Shown: positions 35,201 through 49,894 of the stretch, piece after piece
Position numbering within the stretch: the stretch's first letter is position 1
Layout of the letters: the number at the start of each line of letters is the position of its first letter
NCBI GenBank assembly: GCA_964276515.1
Contig: OZ193909.1
Location: 21,452,001 to 21,516,000, forward strand
Direction of reading: 5' to 3'
DNA from: Gordius albopunctatus
Taxonomy: Eukaryota
DNA length: 64,000 nucleotides
Position numbers and translations under genes: made by a program
Notes under the pieces: model-generated
What the model was told of the DNA's origin: nothing
Database searches by the model: none
The model's input: the letters and a program-made list of their open reading frames with translations, nothing else

Positions 35201-38200
35201 GGGGTGCTTGTACCGTTCATTTCCATGTATACCGTTTTTCGATCGTTGACCTTTCAACCATATCCAGCTAAGCGCTTTGACCACTTTTCTGCTTCTTCGA
35301 ATACCTTCTCCCTTGTTTACTCGCATAGTACTATATCATCGGCATATAGCATACACCATGGCGATGGCTTTTGAAAGTCCCTCGTTATCGTGTCTATAAT
35401 TATATTAAATAAAAAGGGACTTAAAGCAGAGCCTTGATGTAATCCAATATTAACCCGAAAAGGTTTAGAGTCTCGAACTGTCGTCCTAACGCAAAAGTTT
35501 GAGGCTTCATAGATATTTTTCATAAGCCGTATATATGCGTCAGGGATATTTTGTTTCCTCAGGCACCACCATATTAAATCGCGGGAGACCGTGTCATAAG
35601 CTTTCTCCAAGTCGATAAAAACCATATGTAGGTCTTTCCTCTTTTCACCATACTTATCCATCATTTGTCTTAGGGCGAAGATTGGGTCGATTGTGGATTT
35701 GCAGGCCACGAATCCGAATTGATTAGCCGATAATTCCACCTCGTTTTTCAGCCTTGTTACTAAGATCCTTTCCAAAAGCTTCAATGAGTGGCAAGTTAGC
35801 TTGATACTTCTGTAATTGCCGCAGTCCTGAGGGTCTCCTTTCCCTTTGAATAAGGGTATAATCGTGCTTGCTCTCCATTGATTAGGGATTCGCTCTTCTA
35901 CCAATATCTTGTTAAGGAGGTTCGTCATGGTGGTGACTCCTTCTTCACGACATCCGAGCAATGATTCCATAGGTATTCCATCTGGGCCATTTGCTTTTCC
36001 TTTTTGCATCTTGTTAATTTGCGTCCTAACTTCATCCTTCTGAAAGAGTTCGACCATACTTATATTTGGCTCAATTTCGGGAAGGGAATCCTTGTCATTT
36101 GCAATATTCATAAGTTTCTTAAAATATCCTTTCCACCTTTCCATCACTTCCTTCGGCTTGAATAAGGTTTGTCCCTTCTCGCTTTTGACTATTTTAAGAA
36201 CTCCGACATCTCGACTTTTCTTCTCCCTTATCTTGGCCAATTTGTACATAAGCCTATCGCCCCCTTTATGATCCAGTTTGTTTGCCATCTCGGTGTACGC
36301 AGCATTCTTCGCTTTTGCAACGGCCTTTTTTGCGGCCCTCTTTGCGTCCCTGTACTCTTGATAATCCTCCGACTTTTTTGATTTATGCCACCGTCTATAT
36401 AGATTTTTCTTTATTTCGATGAAATCTTTAACCGATTGATCCCACCACCATAGTTCCCTATTCATAGCTTTTCCTCCTTTGGTCTGTCCTAGAACACGAA
36501 TCGCTGTTTCCTTAATGTCCTTAGATAGCGTTTCCCAATCTTCGTCTACGTCCCTTTGCAACTTCCTTGCACCCAAGAGTGAGGAGGCTTTTTGATGGTA
36601 TTCTTCGTTCGTCGACGTATTCTTTAGCCTTTCGTATCGAATTCGAGGTTCATATACCTTTCTTCTTTCGGGAAATACTCTTCTGTCAAGATCCATAACA
36701 AGGGGACGATGTTTCCTGGCGATTTCTTCTCCCGGTATTACTTTGCAATCTTTGATACTCCATAAGTTATTTCGCCGTATAAGCAAATAATCGATTTGAC
36801 TAAAATGCTTCCCACTTCTATAGGTCACAATATGATCTTCGCGCTTTTGAAAATAGATGTTAACAATCGCCATGTCATATGCTTGGGATACTTGGAGAAG
36901 TTTTTCCCCTTCTTTGTTCTTCAGACCATACTCATAGCCTCCATGATTGCGTTCATACCCGAGGCGATCTTTCCCTACGTGAGCGTTGAATTCGGCCCCA
37001 ATAATTAGTTTTTCTTCCTGTCGGATTCCTTGTATTTCCTTTTCCAATGATTCGAAGAATATGTCTTTCTCTGATTCCGAACACCCAATTTGGGGAGCAT
37101 ACGCGCACATAACGGTTAGGAGGCCCCCTTGATCCGCAATCTTCACCCACATTAGCCTGTCAGAACAACGTTTGACTTCCACCACCTTGTACTTGAACGA
37201 TTCGCTTAGAACGATACCGACCCCGTTTCTACGATTTGGTGACCCACTGTAGAAAAGCTTGTATCCTTCTCCTAATTCCCGAGCTTTCGATCCGTTCCAC
37301 CTCGTCTCTTGTAGGCAGGCGATGTGTACCTTTCTTCTTTTTAACATCTGTGCGAGCTCGATGCTCTTCCTCGTCAACGTTCCCACATTCCAGCACGTAA
37401 TTCGCATTCTTTCCACAACTAGTTTCCTTAACCGCCTTCGTTGTGAGTTGGGCAGTAACCCTAGTGTATTTTTCACATTGCACGGGCGGGGTATGCAGTG
37501 CGCGTCGTTTGTGGAGGACGCCCTAGCCTTTTCTTGTAAAATCTCGTTTGAAACTATCATAAATTTTGGAGTTGATTTTTATAACCGGTTTCCGACCTGA
37601 CGCCAACCCTCCACTTTTTGCACACGGACTTGGGACCTTCGTAGGTAGTGTTACTCTGAATCTTACATTACACTCGAAAAAATGTGAAATCTTTCAGGCC
37701 CCCAACACTATTGACTTTCCAATTTTTAAACCTTTTTTAGTTTTAGAGAAGGAAAACATATCCCTTTTGGGATCACCCATTGGCGGTGAAAAATCTCTCT
37801 TAAATTTTCTTCATAAGAACCTTGAAATTTTAAAATCGAAAACGGAACTTTTAAAATGCTTGCCAGCGCATCACTCATTTTACATAATCAAAAACTAGCT
37901 CATCTGGCGCATTTTTACACCTAGACGTTTTAAAGTCGTACGAAGGCTTTTTAAAAACGTTATTACAAAAAATTTTAAATTTTAAATTTAATACTAACAA
38001 TTGGATTCAAGCATCCCTCCCAACCAAATCTGGAGGATTAGGAATTCGCCCTCCCGGCAGCATATCGCTAGCCGCTTTTATTTCCTCTTTTAAGTCGGTC
38101 CAAGACTTAATTTTTAATCTCATAAAACATGATTCCGACTCCCTGCTAACTCAAGCCTTGGAGCTTTGGAATTTGAATGTCACACCCGAGACCATCCAAC

Positions 38201-39085
38201 CTCAAAGTACGAGACAAAAGGATTGGGATTCTGGACTAGTATCGCGCTCCGTTGATTACCTCTTATCGAGCAGCGATGATAGCCAGCATTACAACCTTAT
38301 GTCCCTCGCTTTTGACCGTTCCGGTCACGAGTGGCTTGAAGCCTATCCCAGCAAACTTTTGGGAATGCTGCTTGAAGACTTTGAGCTATCATATTCCATA
38401 GCTTTAAGGTTGGGGATTAGTTACAGCAGAGAATTCAACTGTCAAAACTGCCTTACCGTTGTAGAGGAATATGCTAGGCACCCTCTACACTGCCTAGCAA
38501 ACAAATATAAATACGTTAGGCACACTAAAGCTAATCTATTTATTCAAGCTGCCCTTAAAAAGGCCAAAATCCCCTCAATCCTTGAGCCGTCCGATCCCTC
38601 CCTTGAAGGTAGGATGCGCCCTGACGGCTCTTCTCTAGTCCCCTGGCAAAATGGCCTATCCCTCAAATGGGATTTTACTTGTATTGACCTTTTTGCACCT
38701 TCCCATTTTAATTACGACCCTATCGCTATAGAAGAAGGGCATAAAACTACAAAGTATTCTGCCCTTTTGGCATCCAATATTTTTATCCCTGTCGTTGCCA
38801 CGTGCTCCGGTTCCTTTGGCAAACAGGCAATGGGGTTTTTTAAAGAAATCGGAAAACGCACTCCGAAATCTAAAATTTCTGCGTCCTTTTTACTCAGACA
38901 ACAACTAGGGATTCTTGTTGCACGATACAACTTTAAATCCTTTGCCGACTCATGGCCCATTTTAGAAGAGAATGATATAAATCTTTGTATTTAACCAATA
39001 TGTCTTTATTTTTCTATTTCGCTTATTAATGTAACTTTGTTTCTTGAAAATAAACTTTTTAACAAAAAAAGAAGAAAAAAATTCC
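32215..39085 (+). mobile_element. Near full-length CRE-clade retrotransposon (ZnF-RT-RLE), frameshifted and interrupted by an RTE
   Basis: CPTC..HGP..CPSSG; RPIAIG, KLDFANAFN, IQQGDPLGP, WYLDD; GSPIGG; GGLGI; CQNC..HPLHC..RH; RPDG..WDFT..EGHKTTKY; AATAAA and an A-rich tail at 39049-39081. 5' boundary approximate. Confidence 0.93.
34563..37652 (-). mobile_element. Full-length RTE LINE, few lesions
   Basis: ORF 35317-37560 (APE + RT, LYADDIV) and 34579-35226; (GAA)n tail; 15-bp TSD ACTCTGAATCTTACA (34548-34562, 37653-37667). The CRE frame TLNLT/LHSKKC is restored on removal. Confidence 0.96.
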
Positions 39086-40269
39086 AATTTATATATCCAT
39101 TGCACTTCTTATCTTCTTCGTACATACCCGCCTCACAGGTGCACTTGGCGTAGAGGCAAGTGTAGCCGAAGCCCAAATGACTACATCTCACTTTGGTGTC
39201 GCAATAGCCTCCTGACTCCAGCGCTATATTTTATAAAAAATAAATTTGAAATTTTTCGGTTCAGTATCAAAAAAGTGATTTTTAAGTAATGCTCATTGTT
39301 GGATAATTTTTTAATAGATTTAATTACATTAGAGTATCGGCAATTGAAACATATAATAATAATATTTTTAAATGCGTTTTATTAATTAACGTAACGACAA
39401 TTTGAAGGATGTTGACTATCTCTAAAAAGTTGTAAATTGTGACAAGTGTAAAGTGACCCAAGGTTATAGATGAAAATCACTAATAAGTCAATTATTTTAT
39501 AGACATGTTATTTGGTCATCCTAATATAATGTTTGTTAGTTGGTAATACTTTAATGTTACTTTCTTACCATCTTATAATTTTAAGAGTATTACTTATATT
39601 TTTATAATAAATTGCAAATTAATTTGGATATACATACGTATAAAGCAGACTTCACGTTTTGGAGCAAAGGTACTGTTGATGCACACGCATTTGGAGTTTA
39701 TGGTCGATTCGCATTCAGGTACCCCCATCTCTATAAAAATTAAATTCAGTCATTTAAATGCCAATTATTTGAAAAAATTTTATATGTTATTACATGCAAC
39801 ATGAAACCGGAAAGATTCATCTTACACGCCGCATTCGCGATGTTTTCACAAACATGTCACTAAATATTCTGTCTAAATAATGATAGATTTGTTAAAACTA
39901 CTATTCAACTTTAGTAAACCCTTGAACTGGATCATGAACATTTATTGCTCTCATAGCGAAATAGAACCCAACTACTAGTTATTTAAAATCAAGGTAAAAG
40001 GCATATTGTAAACTTGATTTTAACTGGAACAATACACAAATGAATAAATGTAATTGAATCTTTAATTATAGCATCATGTGTCTGTAGTAACCACTACTAT
40101 TTAAATGACTCGTGAATTGCTAGCGGCATATTACATTAAACTCACTTCGAGAAGTTAATTGACTTAATTGTATTATTTCATATAGCTAACGATATACTAT
40201 ACTATAATAGATTTTTTTAAATGTATGTATTGTTTATTTGAATGTAAGAACGTTATAAAAAACGAAGTG

Positions 40270-40612
40270 TTAAAATTCGAAAAATATAAGAGCGGGAATA
40301 AAACAAAATAAAAAAATTATAATTAAAAAGCGTCGCATGTATCATCTAATAAAATGGCCAGCTGTCGGCCAGGGATTTAAAATTGTACTTTGCTATTAAA
40401 ATACCAATTTTTTGTTTAAGTAAAAAATTTGTGGAATATTTATTTAGAGGGCGTGCAGCGACGGCTGATATCTTTAAGAAGCTTGATGGCGGCAGGACCA
40501 AAAGTCCCAGAACATGAGGCAACGATAGGGGTAAAGATATTAGAGGGCAGGAGGGCCTGGTATTTTACCGTTTTGCGGTGTTCGGCGAGAGTCAGAGCGT
40601 TGTAGTTCTGGT
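40270..40612 (-). mobile_element. CRE 3' fragment
   Basis: LAEHRKTVKYQALLPSNIFTPIVASCSGTFG..KIGILIAKYNFKSLADSWP matches the C-terminus of 38158-38994. Confidence 0.85.
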
Positions 40613-40619
40613 TATATAT

Positions 40620-41305
40620 ATATATGTAGGGAAACAAATTACACTTACATTGGAAAGATTTGGTTGTAATACGTACAAGGTGAAAATAGAAAGAATAGAA
40701 ACATAGAATCCACTTTCATTTGGTCTTATAAATTTTTGCGCATGCCTTTTGGCTTACGTAATGCTGCTCAAACATTTCAACACCTCATTGACCAAGCTCT
40801 CGGTGGTCTTAATTTCACCTTCGCATAGACTACTTACGTCACGCTTTACACGATTAAGTGAGTTTGATATAAAAATTAATTTAGACAAATGCGAGTGGGG
40901 ATGTTCTTTTTATAGATTTCTTAGGACATCACGTTTCCCCACAAGGTTTAACGCCAATACCAGAGAAAATCTCGGCAATCAAAAATTTCGCCACCGCGAC
41001 CACACTCCTACTGACCTACTCATTGACTCAAAAGGACCCTTGTACATGACACAGAGCGCACAAGGCGAATTCCACAAGATTAAGATGATACTCGATGAAA
41101 TATCGACCCTTTATAATTTAGTGGATGTTGCCAACATCTCTATTACAACCGACGCGTCAACTCTGCCATCGGAGCCGTTTTACATCAAATCGTTAAAGGG
41201 GTAATCAGTCCTTTATCCTTTTTCTCCCTCAAATTGAGCAAAACATAAACTCAATACAGCACATTCGGGAGAGAACTGCTAGAAATTTATGAGTCAATTA
41301 AATAG
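40620..41305 (+). mobile_element. Degenerate Gypsy RT/RNase H fragment
   Basis: MPFGLRNAAQTFQ, INLDKCEW, FLGH, ITTDAS and YSTFGRELL motifs across frames. Confidence 0.8.
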
Positions 41306-44300
41306 TAGTGGTTATTTCAAATATCTTTATTACTTTACTTAAAATAAATGTTAGATACCAATTAGAAACAAGACGTCTTTGGATTTAAAATTAAACAATC
41401 TAACCTGATTTTACATAGTACCCAGAGCGTATAGCTCAATTGTATAAATCGCGTGAAGGTTTACTTTTAAGACAGCGGTTGTGGTAATAAGAACTATCAG
41501 ACTTGCACACGCAGAGCTTTTTATCAACTAATTCGCGACACTCACTCATCTCTAGCATTTCTGAACATTCCTTATCGTCTATACATTCATCGCCTAATTT
41601 CTTGTCTTAAATGTTACATCATAACTGTGATTAAAAAATTAAAAAAACAAACAAATTTTGCTTCCGAGGAAGAAGCGTAAACAATGAATGGTTTTTACAA
41701 AACCAATTAACTAAGAATTATGTTTAAAAGACACCTTCTTTTATCTCAATATCAGTTAGGATTTTAAGTTGATCACATTAACGTGCTATATGACCGGGCG
41801 ACTAAAATGGTGGTAACAGCAAATTAAGTCTATATAAAGCATGGTAAATATATTACTTTTTATAAATTACCACGTCATTAGTTAACTACCTTTAAAGAGA
41901 GAGCCTATATTACTTCTAGCTAAACCAAAGGTCACATCATATTTGGATATATTCCATAAAGGATTAAGAGAAACTTTAGGAAAACAACTTATAATAGCTT
42001 TAGGGTTAATATATTTCATTCCATCAGAAGGTAATTTAACTGAATTGTAGTAAAGAATGTTTTATAATACGTTTGAAACATTTGTAATCAACGTCTCTTC
42101 CGGGTTCTTTAGTATATTCGGGATCGCATGTACAATTGCCATAATGATCGATGTCATGTTCTTTTAAGCACACTAACCCATACATGCAATTTCCGGCTTG
42201 ACATCGCTGTTCACCGAATTTACCTCAGATTATACTGGATTAAGAACCTGTTTAGAATAGGTGATTGTTGGAAACCATTTTTATGTATTCTATACATAAC
42301 TCAATCACTAATGCCTTATTCCTATAAAAATCAACTGATAGATCATTCATCATTATGATACAGATATTCTTGTGCTTTATAATAATTAATAGTTAATCCC
42401 TGCTAAAGTTGGAATTGTTATTAATAAATCTCTTTAATCTATTTTAAAATTAAATTTCTAGTCTGTAAATTGAGGGTTGAAAATACCAGGAACACAAGCG
42501 CGATGATTTTTTTTAGCGCAAAGCGTTAATCCTGTAGCATAATCTGTGTTGCATTTGCAAATATTATCGCTACAACGCATTTTGCCTCGCATGGCACATC
42601 GCCGAGTAGCGCTACAACGCTCTCCGTAATATAAATCTGAGGATGAAATAATAAAATAGTATTTAAGAATTTTAAATGAAAACCTTATAAAAAGCTAGAA
42701 TATTAATTAAATATTCCAAGCATATTGGGTAAAGATAACTTTGAGATTATTTTCTATAATAGCTTTGTCACATTATCTCAGCTTAGCAATGCATAAAATA
42801 TATTATGTTTATAAAACAAGAAATAAGATATTCTGAATATAATCATATTTTAATTGAACCTTATCTTTTAATAATCTAATAACATTCCATCTATGTGACA
42901 ACAAAGTTATGTATTAGTGAAAAACAAATGCAACCTTTTGTAAAGCATAAGTAATTGCTATCGGTTAAACAATCAGCTTTTAAGACGGTCATGGATTTGC
43001 CTTTAACACGTAGAAATAGGCATTCACCCACACCCTCTACTTCTAATCGACTGTCTTCGCTAAATAGTATTAAAATCATATTAGTACTAAACTAAAGTAG
43101 TTTAACCACATTTTAAAAGCATTGTAACTTGATTTAATCTCCAAAATAAGTATCAAGTCTTTTTATACCAGCTTATTAGAGTCACAATAAATTTATTATC
43201 TTTATGAAAGTCCAAATATACTTTTAAATGCTAAGAAACTTATATTTGAGTTTAAATTTGATGCTTTTTATATAAAATTTCAATCATATACTAAACCAGA
43301 TCATGCGCCAAATGATTACCAATAGTACGTCATTAATACACACCTAGGATCAAACCTAGCTTGTCTGCCATCCTCGTGATAATATAAATTGTTTTTGCTA
43401 CGAATTCCAAACCTCCATAAGATATCTTGTTTTTCAACCTCAAAGGTTAGACTAAGATATGTTTGTTAATAATTAATATGAAAACTATACTTATCATTAG
43501 GCATTCTAGAATTTAATAGATTCTGTAGAAACTTATTAAGCCTAAAAACATTTATATATAATAGTTTTTTGGATTTTGCACATTGACGAGGTGACAAATT
43601 ACACACAAAAATTTATGTCATCAATTCACCGCAAGCGGGCCAAACTATATTTCTGCAAACGGGCCCTTGAGGCTTATTCTCTCAGATGAGCTTCTTAACA
43701 TCTGACCCGGCGTTTAATTTTATTAAAAGAATTTGTTGCCCTTTATTAGACCATTTAATTTAAATATAAATGATGGAACACATAACCTTAGGGATCCATT
43801 AATATTAGAGTTATAAACTATATGAAAATATTATTTGGATAACTAATATTAATTAAGCATTATCGTAAAAGTTAAATTATGAAATTTGTTAAATATACAA
43901 AACGTAACTTTTTTACAATGAAATACAAAATAAAATTACTTTTGAATATTTTTCCTACCCTGAACCCGGGCTTATTTATACATAGGTCCGGGCCAAATCT
44001 TGATTACCAGCCCCTCCATGCACGGCCAGTAATTTTTTAAGGAAAATCCTATCAATGGTTGGCCAACGGGGCGAGTTTAGACCCTGCGCGGGCCTGACCT
44101 GGTGGTCCCTAATTCGAAACCGTTGCAGTTGAAATTTTACTCTAAGAGTTTTACATTAGGTAAATAATACATTTCATATAGTTTCTTTAATCATTTCAAA
44201 TTTTAATCGTCCATGACAACAATATTTGCATTAATAAATTAACTTATCCCATAATCAATCTGACATACCATGTAGAGTAGAATTTATTGGTTAATTTGAT

Positions 44301-45792
44301 TATTAACTCTCTCAAATGTTACCTCACTAAGTTTCTAAAAAATAGATTTTAAGGTAAGTTTATATGGAGCATGCATGATCAAAGCATGCTAGGCACCTTG
44401 TAAAATTTACATTTAATTTAAGTACTAATTATTATTTGTAGTTGAATATTATGCTTGTCGCAATTTATAAGCAAGAAATTTTTAGTAAGTTTAAATAAGC
44501 ATATAAAACATAAAAATTAAATCATTAATTTTTTTAAATTAATAAAGGTTTACTTTCAAATGATTGTGTATGACATATGCCAAATTATACTAAATTAATG
44601 AACAGGAATGGAGAGCCATTGATTTTAAAATTTATGTGGGGTCGTGTGTAGTTGGGGTAACATATTTTAATATTCGTTTAAGAATAGCTACCTTCGGGAA
44701 CTAACCGAGGGTCGTGTACTGCGATAAAAATTAAATTGTTGACTTATTTGTATTTTTCCACTTTAATTCTCTTCGTAAGGGATATAAAGTTGGGGGAGCT
44801 GTTAGATTTAGCAAATAAATCTACCGAATCAAGTCCCACAAGCGTTTAAGCCGCGAGGCCATGGTATGATTGTTACGGCGTCGAGTCTTTTACTTTTAGC
44901 ATAGCTAGTGCTGTGGATTCCAGTGAGTCAGGAAAGCCAGATTTTTTAAAAAATTGCTCCATAATTTAATTTAGAATGACGGGAATGCCGTCCCTTGCTG
45001 TATTAATAATCTAAAGATGATGACCGTCTGCTGAACATGTTGGCAACAGAGGTCACAGAGATAAACACAATATCGCAACCACGGCGTAGGCCTACGACGA
45101 TGCTAAGTTTCTCACCAGGCAGGTGTTACCCTAGGCTATGACATGGTAGTGCCTCAAGCCATTCCTATCTCCCAGAGGACTGTAGATATTTTTTAAACAT
45201 AGGTTGTTCGAAGTTAAATGAACTAACGTGCTATTAGTGATAAGCCCAATATGAGTTAAATGGTTATACTCGGGTGTTTAAAGGAATCTAGTTCGAGGTC
45301 ATCCCAAGCTTAAAGGGCGCTGTCGAGGTGTGGGTTTGGCATGCGAGTAAGTTGCTTAATTAGCTGAGTCGTTGATAACCGGGTTGAAATGAAACCTGCA
45401 AATGAAATTAAATGGGGGAAGGGGGTGATATCTATACCCTATTCTCGAAGGAGGTGGCTTAAAACCATTGGAGAGGGTTCAAGTTTTAGTTTAGGCAACA
45501 TTCGATCAGCACTTGAATTACACACCTCTACAAATTTTGACTTTGTGATCACATCCCGCAACCCGACCAATAATTGTGATAGAGAATTTTGCGCTGAAAA
45601 ATAATTTGTTTTTAGTTTTTTCTACAATTACTAGCTTTTTAGATATACGAGGTTAAAGGTGCCAAAAATGCCCGTTTCAAGCTTTTGAGGCTATATTGCC
45701 ACGGTATTTTTAATATTTAGTAAAAAATAGTAATATGTTCATGTAGATTAAAGTTTCATCTATAGGTCCATTATTTTATTTTTTACACCTCT

Positions 45793-46132
45793 TTATTTAA
45801 ATTTATTGGCGTTTTTGTGAACCCCTTCCCCTTATCAAAATTCGTCCCACTATGTCTGGAAAAAGGAGTACATACTACACACGCGCTGTTTACTAACACA
45901 TCTCTCTCTCCCTTTCTCCATCTCCTCCACTCCCGCCCCCATATCTATCCAAGCGCGCATGAAGGGGGCAGGAGTGGAAGAGAAAGAGAGGAGAGTAGGT
46001 GAAGGGAGAGAGATATGTGTTAGTAAACATCGCGTACGCAGTATGAACTCTAATGTACTCAGTTTACCAGACATTGTGAGAGGAATTTTGATAAGGAGAG
46101 AGGGTTTACGCAAACGCGTATAAATTTAAATA
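45793..46132. repeat. Fold-back (long imperfect palindrome), MITE-like
   Basis: Arms such as CCTTATCAAAATTC/GAATTTTGATAAGG and TGTTTACTAACACAT/ATGTGTTAGTAAACA are mirrored about ~45950. Confidence 0.8.
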
Positions 46133-47180
46133 TAATGGTGATATATTTTAATTTGGCGTGTTATAAATTATCTTTAACATTTATAATTATGGTTAAGATA
46201 ATGATGAATTAATGAACTAAGATGGAAATAAATTTAACTTTGTTTGTTAATTTAATATACATAAAATAATTATCACCTTTTTATAATATATTTAATTGAT
46301 TTTGTAACGGACTCTTAAGGGGCCTTAAGTATATCTAGGCCCTGCCCGAGGCCGTTAAGTTATATTACGGACCGTCCAAGTCGGGCCCGTTGTTTTATTT
46401 TTAAGCATAAGCCGGCCCAAGCCCGATCCGAAGCCCGGGCCGTGTAGATTTATAATCCTGCCTACGCCACTTTAAAAACATTAGCAAAGCGCTTAAAATT
46501 ATATGCACACTTTATAATTACCTCCTTTAATAATGATATATTAAATCGTTTATATGATAATTTAATCTAAAATTAACCATATGTACACCATGGTCTTAAT
46601 CTAAATTACATTCTAAAATTAAGGGTAAAATATAGTGATTTGAAGGCGTTTTTTTGTAATGTATAATGGATTTGTTTTATACATGATATCAGCTTTCAAA
46701 GTGACGTACGGGCACTCCCAAGCTGTACGACAAGCAACTAGGGTTATGTTCGTGTAATATGTTTTAAAGGTTCCCCTTTTAACTAGATCCGTGATGCCAA
46801 TCCATGCTCTACTGTCATTACCAAGTTTTTCTTTGATCCAAAACTATTCATATTAATTCCAATATATTTGACAACAAAGATATTTGCATTTTAGTCTTTC
46901 CATGGGCGTAGCCAACATCGGAATTAGAGGGGGGAGCAATGGTTTAGGGAGGAGCGAGATGATCTTTTCTAAAATTTTAGCCATAATTTTAATAAATTTC
47001 ACCAAATTTTAGGATTTTGAAAGGGGTAGCCTCCCCTCCCTACCCCCCCCCCCTCTTATCTACGCCCACGAGTATTTCTCATTATTATTATTTTACAGTT
47101 AAGATTGTCTCTAAGCAAATCAGGCTTTGTGTACGAAGAACGATTGTAGCAAGATTGAACTCATAAAAGTGTATACCAAG

Positions 47181-48300
47181 TGTAAATAAGAAAGATAAAA
47201 TAAAATATAAGACTATTATTGCATTATGGTTACGTTAATTATATCTATTCTTCGTTACTCAAAAATTAGGGGTTTAAGTCTTACCTTATAGTTTAGGATT
47301 ATAATCATCCTTAGAACCCCAATTTATTATTTCATTTAATTCGAATTATTTATTTCGTTTAACTCTCACAAGAAGATTATATGTGCAGTCCCAATATTTC
47401 CGCGAGCGATGAGAAAATAATTGATTTTAATTCTAACAAAGATATATATATGCGGATTGATAACTATCATGTGATGTATTACTACGCGTTTACAAATAAA
47501 TACTAGCTAAATAATGATGGGAATACTCGTATTAGAATCTCACTATAATATATCGCGTAGTGATCAATAGGGGGAGAGGGACTACGCGTATACCTTAAGG
47601 ATGCGTATACTTTAATAAATAAGAGAGAGATGATGAGGGGGGTTTTGTGTGTGTGAGTTCACAGAATCAATGTCCCGTACTAGGCGTAATTAATCGATGA
47701 GATCCATCATGTAGTACACAACTAAAACACCATCCCCTTCACCATCACCTCCTTCGACCCGATTGTTGACTTCTGAACACGGTCGTCGGATTTGAGTTGT
47801 TGACCGCTGTCCATTGTTCGGACGTACGAATCGCACTGTATAGTTGAACGTCTCCAGGATCGTTTTCCTGATTGGGTGTTCCAATTGGTCTTATCGATTT
47901 GATTTCATCGTTGACCATATTTGAATCGGACCATACCCTTCAAGCTTTCTAAGGGGAAGGAAATTTTTGTCAATGTATCCGGGCTTTGTTGTTGGGTTCG
48001 GGATAGGATACTTCACCCAATTGTTTTCGTTAAAAATAACCCAAAGTAGCTTTTTTTATTTTCCCCATAAGAGCGAGACAGAAACTTTGTCACTCTAAGT
48101 CGTTCAGGCTGCTTCTCCATAAGAGCAGCTAGCCTCTCGACACAAAGCGTACGATATTTCCGTTAAATATAGGTAACGTCGCTTTACCACATATCAGCTA
48201 GCGTCGCCGACATAGGCACCAGCAACATCACTAAGTGTAAAAATCTGTCACAGGCGTATCTCGCATAAAATGCAACTCCGCCTACCAAATCGCCCTTGCG
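47181..48300 (-). mobile_element. 3' LTR (47181-47729) plus degraded integrase tail of an LTR retrotransposon
   Basis: Minus strand: purine tract GGTGAAGGGGATGG, then TGTTTT...TTTACA; homology to gene copy 1 stops at ~47175. Confidence 0.6.
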
Positions 48301-48943
48301 CATGATGATTGATTTATTCGTTGGAGTTTATTTCCTCGCATGTACAAAGGGAAGTTAATATCATTGTTGTCAGATCCAAGATTACCGTTATGTGGTTCAT
48401 TGCTCCCAGGTGATTATTTGTCCAGCTAAATTTAGATTTTAAACAGCAGGTCCTTGTTCCACATGAACTAAACCTAAAATTATTATCTAACTATAATCAT
48501 TTAAAAGTCTTACCAACAGCAGGTTCTTGTTCTACATGATTAACTTTTTTGATACAAGATTTAAATATTGTGCCTTTTCTGAATTTATATGAAATGCTTA
48601 CGTTTTATAACCACAAGGAAAATTCTGGAAAAATATATTTACGCGTAAAAATACTTAATGATTGTTGAATATAAGTTCTCATAGTTAATTAAGTAACACT
48701 CATTTCATAATATTTATTATATAATGCGATATTAGAAAATAAATTATATTTCATTCAAAATCCGCGGGAAGGGGGGTTTGAACCTCAAAACTACCCCCTT
48801 GGGTACGCCACTGGACTGCATGATGCACCTGTTGCGAAATTTGAAGATGTTTGTGAAATATTTACTGCTTTATTATAAATCATGTTTGTATGCTCATATT
48901 ATATTAATACTCAGGATAAAACTATGAAATAAAATATTTACAA

Positions 48944-49230
48944 GCCCTAAGGGCCATTCATATTTTATTGAACAAGCCAAAATTCCTAAAATTTAAATTT
49001 TAAGCTGATATGGATTAAATCCTTATTCAACTTGGGTTGTAAAAAATCCAGATTAGGATAATCCCAATTATATTAATTTTCATTTAACATCCTAATTTTT
49101 AATCATACAAATTAGAAATATAAACTAAATTTTTAATAGATGGTTATGATGTCTAAATTTTAAGCCGAGACTTTGAATTTAAAATCGTCTCGAGGCCGAA
49201 ATTCTCGTCTCTTTACTCTTTTTCCGAATC
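48944..49230. mobile_element. Diverged terminal fragment related to the hAT at 21218-28026, lacking the CRE/RTE insert
   Basis: CCCTAAGGGCCA (cf. 23222), CATTTAAyATCCTAA (cf. 23336) and GCyGAGA..TCTCGTCTC (cf. 27933-27961) occur in the same order. Confidence 0.55.
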
Positions 49231-49894
49231 ATGAGTTGTAGGTCTCTAACTCTTGCTCATGGTGCAAGTCGAAGGTAAACGAAAGAGGGAAGATTTAAGA
49301 TTTGGAGGTAGGGTTCAAGCTAATTTTGAAAAAGAAATTACGCAAAGGAATAGCTGACTATTATACTTGACATATGGCTGAGGATAATTTTTTTAAATTT
49401 CCGTTGACCCTTGCCCACTTGTTTAAAATTAAAAGTCGGCCCACCCCGCAAAGGAAAAATGCTAGCTAAGCTAATGGCATTTTTTTAGAACAGTAGTATA
49501 TTATTAAATTATTTTATTTGGATAAATTAAGTTGAAATAATTTTAATTCACATTAATTGTTAGTTATAACAGCCCATTTATTTATAGCAAATTCATATCA
49601 GTAAAATTTTTCACGAATAAAAATATCATTAATATTTCTAGAATAGCAATTACTTGTTAGAACATTCACATAAGCTACATGAATTTGATCTATCTCGGTT
49701 TCAAATATTTTTGGCTTCTAATCATATTCAAAAAAACTACCTCAGATAAAATGGGTAATGTTTAATATTTAATTAATTTGTGTAAGTAATAAAGGTTTTA
49801 ACAAACATTTGATTTTACCAACCCTTGTCTAAATCGCATAATTTATAGAACTTTAAAGATAAATTATAAATAAATTTACTTGATTCCTCCGAAG

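Larger units (their letters stand above)
39100..46843 (-). pseudogene. Copy 2 of the CTL/EB gene (direct segmental duplicate of ~6270-16530), truncated
   Basis: Exons 46683-46843, 43344-~43455 (5' part lost), 42935-43059, 42487-42636, 42071-42223, 41465-41605, 39638-39730 and ~39100-39223 (donor replaced at the CRE 3' end). Introns homologous to copy 1. Three CTL exons are missing. Confidence 0.82.

Noticed and set aside
45360..45400. Hammerhead-like core (TTGATAA...GAAAC)
   Set aside because: No intact CUGANGA core or convincing three-stem junction.
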